Below, piece by piece: positions 61,619 to 64,000 of a stretch of 64,000 nucleotides of DNA. The notes below the pieces were generated by a model. That model had not been told where the DNA came from, did not search any database, and saw nothing but the letters and a program-made list of their open reading frames with translations. The stretch is from Salinispira sp. (GTDB lineage Bacteria; Spirochaetota; Spirochaetia; DSM-27196; Salinispiraceae). The stretch covers positions 768,001 to 832,000 of the forward strand of contig OZ271918.1 in NCBI GenBank assembly GCA_965602015.1, read 5' to 3'. Both the position numbers and the translations under genes were made by a program. The first letter of the stretch is position 1, and every line of letters begins with the position of its first letter.

Positions 61619-63301
61619 ATGAAAAAAACTAATAATGAACCGCGTTACAGCACCGACATGACCGGAGGGGTGGAGCGCATGCCGAACAGGGCCATGTTAC
61701 GGGCCATCGGATTCGAAGATGAAGATTTTCACAAATCTCTTGTAGCATTGGCATCTTCCGGGGCTGAACTCAGTCCCTGTAATTTTCACCATGACGCCCT
61801 GGCAGCTGTCTCGAAAGAGGAAATAAACCGGATCGGGCTGAAGGCCATGAAGTTCAATACCTTTGTGGTGACTGACGGTCAGGCCATGGGTCATGAAGGC
61901 ATGAAGGCAAGCCTGATATCCCGGGATTCAATAGCTGATGTCATCGAGCTTGTTGTCCGGGGGCACGCTTTGGACGCGATTTTCGGAATCGGTGGCTGCG
62001 ACAAAACCATACCCGGAACCGTCATGCCCATGGCACGGCTGAACAGGCCTTCTATTTTCTGCTATGGGGGAACTATCAAGGCGGGAAATCACCGCGGCAA
62101 AGCAGTGGATATTGTGTCGGCCTTCGAAGCCGTGGGAGCCTACAGCTCGGGAAGTATAGACGAGGAAGAGCGCTACCAAATCGAGTGCAGCGCATGTCCC
62201 GGCGTTGGAGCGTGCGGCGGAATGTATACCGCCAATACCATGGCGTCGGCCATGGAGGCTATCGGCATGAGCCTTCCCGGAAGCTCCAGCATCCCGGCGG
62301 TGGACAAGGCCAAGTCCGAACATATGCGTGAGAGCGCCCGCGCCCTTGCCGATCTGATCGCCCGGGATATCAAACCACGAGACATTATGACGAGAAAAGC
62401 CTTTGAAAATGCCATCCGGACAGTAATGGCCCTGGGCGGGAGCACAAACTCGGTGCTGCATCTCCTGGCACTGGCGAGGGAAGCGGAGGTTTCCTTGAGC
62501 ATCGAAGAGTTTAATTATTTCCACGACACCACGCCGATGCTGGTGGACATGAAGCCCGCCGGGCGCTATGTCATGGAGGACCTTCACCGGGTCGGCGGCG
62601 TTCCCGTGGTAATGAAGATGCTTCTGGATGAGGGACTTCTGCACGGAGATTGTCTTACCGTGACCGGAAAAACCGTTGCGGAAAATTTGGCCGGCGTCTC
62701 CACCAACCTCGAGGGCCAGGACGTTATAAAGCCCTTTTCCCAGCCGGAAAAGGCCACCGGGCCCATTGCCATCCTGTTCGGGAACCTGGCTCCCGACGGC
62801 GCTGTCCTTAAAACCTGCGGGCTGAAGGTCACTGAGCACAGCGGGCCCGCCAAAGTGTTCGAGGGAGAAAAGGCGGCCCTGGATGCCATTCTGGCGGGGA
62901 AAATTGTCGAAGGCGATGTGGTCGTCATCCGCTACGAGGGTCCGAAGGGCGGACCGGGAATGCGTGAAATGCTGGCTCCCACCGCGGCCATCGCCGGTCA
63001 GGGGCTGGCGGGCAAGGTGGCCCTGCTTACCGACGGCCGGTTCTCCGGCGGCAGCCACGGTCTTATTGTCGGTCACATTACGCCTGAGGCTCAGGTGCGC
63101 GGACCCATCGCGGCCTTGAAAGATGGCGATGTCATTTCCATCAGCCTGAAGGATAAGACCCTCTCGGTCGACCTGTCGCAGGAGGATATTGAAGCGCGGG
63201 TTGCCGACTGGAGCGAACGGGATCACGGGTACCATCGAGGCGCCCTTGCCAAGTTTGCCAGATTGTGCCGCTCAGCCAGCGAAGGGGCGGTGACCAGTTG
63301 A
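61619..63301 (+). CDS. ilvD: Dihydroxy-acid dehydratase
   Basis: PCNFH, GCDKTIPG, CGGMYTANTM, GGSTN, YEGPKGGPGMREM, TDGRFSG. Confidence 0.95.
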   Translation: MKKTNNEPRYSTDMTGGVERMPNRAMLRAIGFEDEDFHKSLVALASSGAELSPCNFHHDALAAVSKEEINRIGLKAMKFNTFVVTDGQAMGHEGMKASLISRDSIADVIELVVRGHALDAIFGIGGCDKTIPGTVMPMARLNRPSIFCYGGTIKAGNHRGKAVDIVSAFEAVGAYSSGSIDEEERYQIECSACPGVGACGGMYTANTMASAMEAIGMSLPGSSSIPAVDKAKSEHMRESARALADLIARDIKPRDIMTRKAFENAIRTVMALGGSTNSVLHLLALAREAEVSLSIEEFNYFHDTTPMLVDMKPAGRYVMEDLHRVGGVPVVMKMLLDEGLLHGDCLTVTGKTVAENLAGVSTNLEGQDVIKPFSQPEKATGPIAILFGNLAPDGAVLKTCGLKVTEHSGPAKVFEGEKAALDAILAGKIVEGDVVVIRYEGPKGGPGMREMLAPTAAIAGQGLAGKVALLTDGRFSGGSHGLIVGHITPEAQVRGPIAALKDGDVISISLKDKTLSVDLSQEDIEARVADWSERDHGYHRGALAKFARLCRSASEGAVTS

Positions 63302-63368
63302 TGAATTCCATATAGTCACCAGATTTCGCAGAATCATTCTTGATTTTTATCTTTAGCTATTCTACTAT

Positions 63369-63385
63369 ATAGGGTAGGGGGGTAT
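63369..63385. promoter_or_regulatory. Candidate CsoR operator (G-tract element)
   Basis: ATAGGGTAGGGGGGTAT immediately upstream of the csoR ATG, resembling G/C-tract CsoR boxes. Confidence 0.5.
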
Positions 63386-63390
63386 TCTAT

Positions 63391-63687
63391 ATGAGCGTCA
63401 AGCAGTCCGCCAGAAAGGCCCATCATTCCTATAAAACCAAAGAGGCCATGCTCACCCGCCTCAAGCGAATCGAGGGTCAGATCCGGGGAATCAGCCGGAT
63501 GATCGACGAGGATGTATACTGCGACGATATACTCCATCAGTTTATGAGCGTCGACTCGGCAATCGCAGGGGTCAAAAATATGCTTCTGGAAGCCCATGTG
63601 AAAAGCTGTGTAATCGATCAGATCCGCGAGGGCGATATTGCGGTAGTCGACGAGCTCATGAGCACCATTGCCAAAATGAGAAAGTAA
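63391..63687 (+). CDS. csoR: CsoR-family copper-sensing repressor
   Basis: RLKRIEGQIRGI, YCDDIL, HVKSCV (Cys-His-Cys ligands). Confidence 0.9.
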   Translation: MSVKQSARKAHHSYKTKEAMLTRLKRIEGQIRGISRMIDEDVYCDDILHQFMSVDSAIAGVKNMLLEAHVKSCVIDQIREGDIAVVDELMSTIAKMRK

Positions 63688-63767
63688 GGCCGGAGAGTAA
63701 GGATGTCGGCTGTGCAGCGCCTGGGGTTAACGCCCGGGGCAAGCCGGCGAGAAACAGGAGGAATATC

Positions 63768-64000
63768 GTGGAAATTTCCCAACTAAATATAGAAGGCATG
63801 ACCTGCGCTTCATGCGTCGCTCATGTGGAGAAAGCCATTTCCCGGCTTGACGGCATAGATATGGCCAATGTCAATTTGGCGACGGAAACCGCCACCGTAA
63901 GCTATGACCCGTCGAGGGTTGAAGTATCGGGCATAATCGAGTCGGTCCTTCAAGCCGGGTATTCTGCGAGCCTGCGCTCCCAGGATGACGATGAAAACGA
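63768..64000 (+). CDS. copA: Heavy-metal-binding N-terminus, probably Cu(I) P-type ATPase (runs off the window)
   Basis: GTG after AGGAGG. IEGMTCASCVAHVEKAI..VNLATETA. The frame stays open to the window end. Confidence 0.75.
   Translation, partial: MEISQLNIEGMTCASCVAHVEKAISRLDGIDMANVNLATETATVSYDPSRVEVSGIIESVLQAGYSASLRSQDDDEN

Overview
A GC-rich bacterial chromosomal segment, almost certainly from a spirochaete: it carries cfpA (cytoplasmic filament protein) and spirochaete-style lipoproteins and solute-binding proteins. I saw no rRNA, tRNA, CRISPR array or transposase. The first ~40 kb holds a dispersed but apparently complete catabolic route from cyanophycin/beta-Asp-Arg to pyruvate. It comprises cyanophycinase, isoaspartyl dipeptidase IadA, the arginine deiminase pathway (arcA, arcB, arcC), the B12-dependent oxidative ornithine pathway (orr, oraSE plus reactivase, ord, ortAB) and alanine dehydrogenase, with a neighbouring peptide ABC transporter. 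Five of these promoter regions share an 18-bp palindrome, TTACTA-N6-TAGTAA, which sits at the predicted transcription start in three of them. A TrmB-family regulator transcribed divergently from the cyanophycinase is the likely binder. Cargo interrupts the cluster: a hybrid sensor kinase with an in-frame amber stop, a lipoprotein/collagen/glycosyltransferase-like island, and a Na/Pi symporter with four 11-bp Pho-box-like repeats. The second half has a cfpA locus followed by a protein with an HPr-like domain and a PPDK homologue whose ATP-grasp residues look lost, which suggests an Enzyme-I-like phosphorelay. An EIIA-fused amino-acid permease, ilvD and csoR-copA follow. All functional calls come from motif recognition by eye; no database searches were run.
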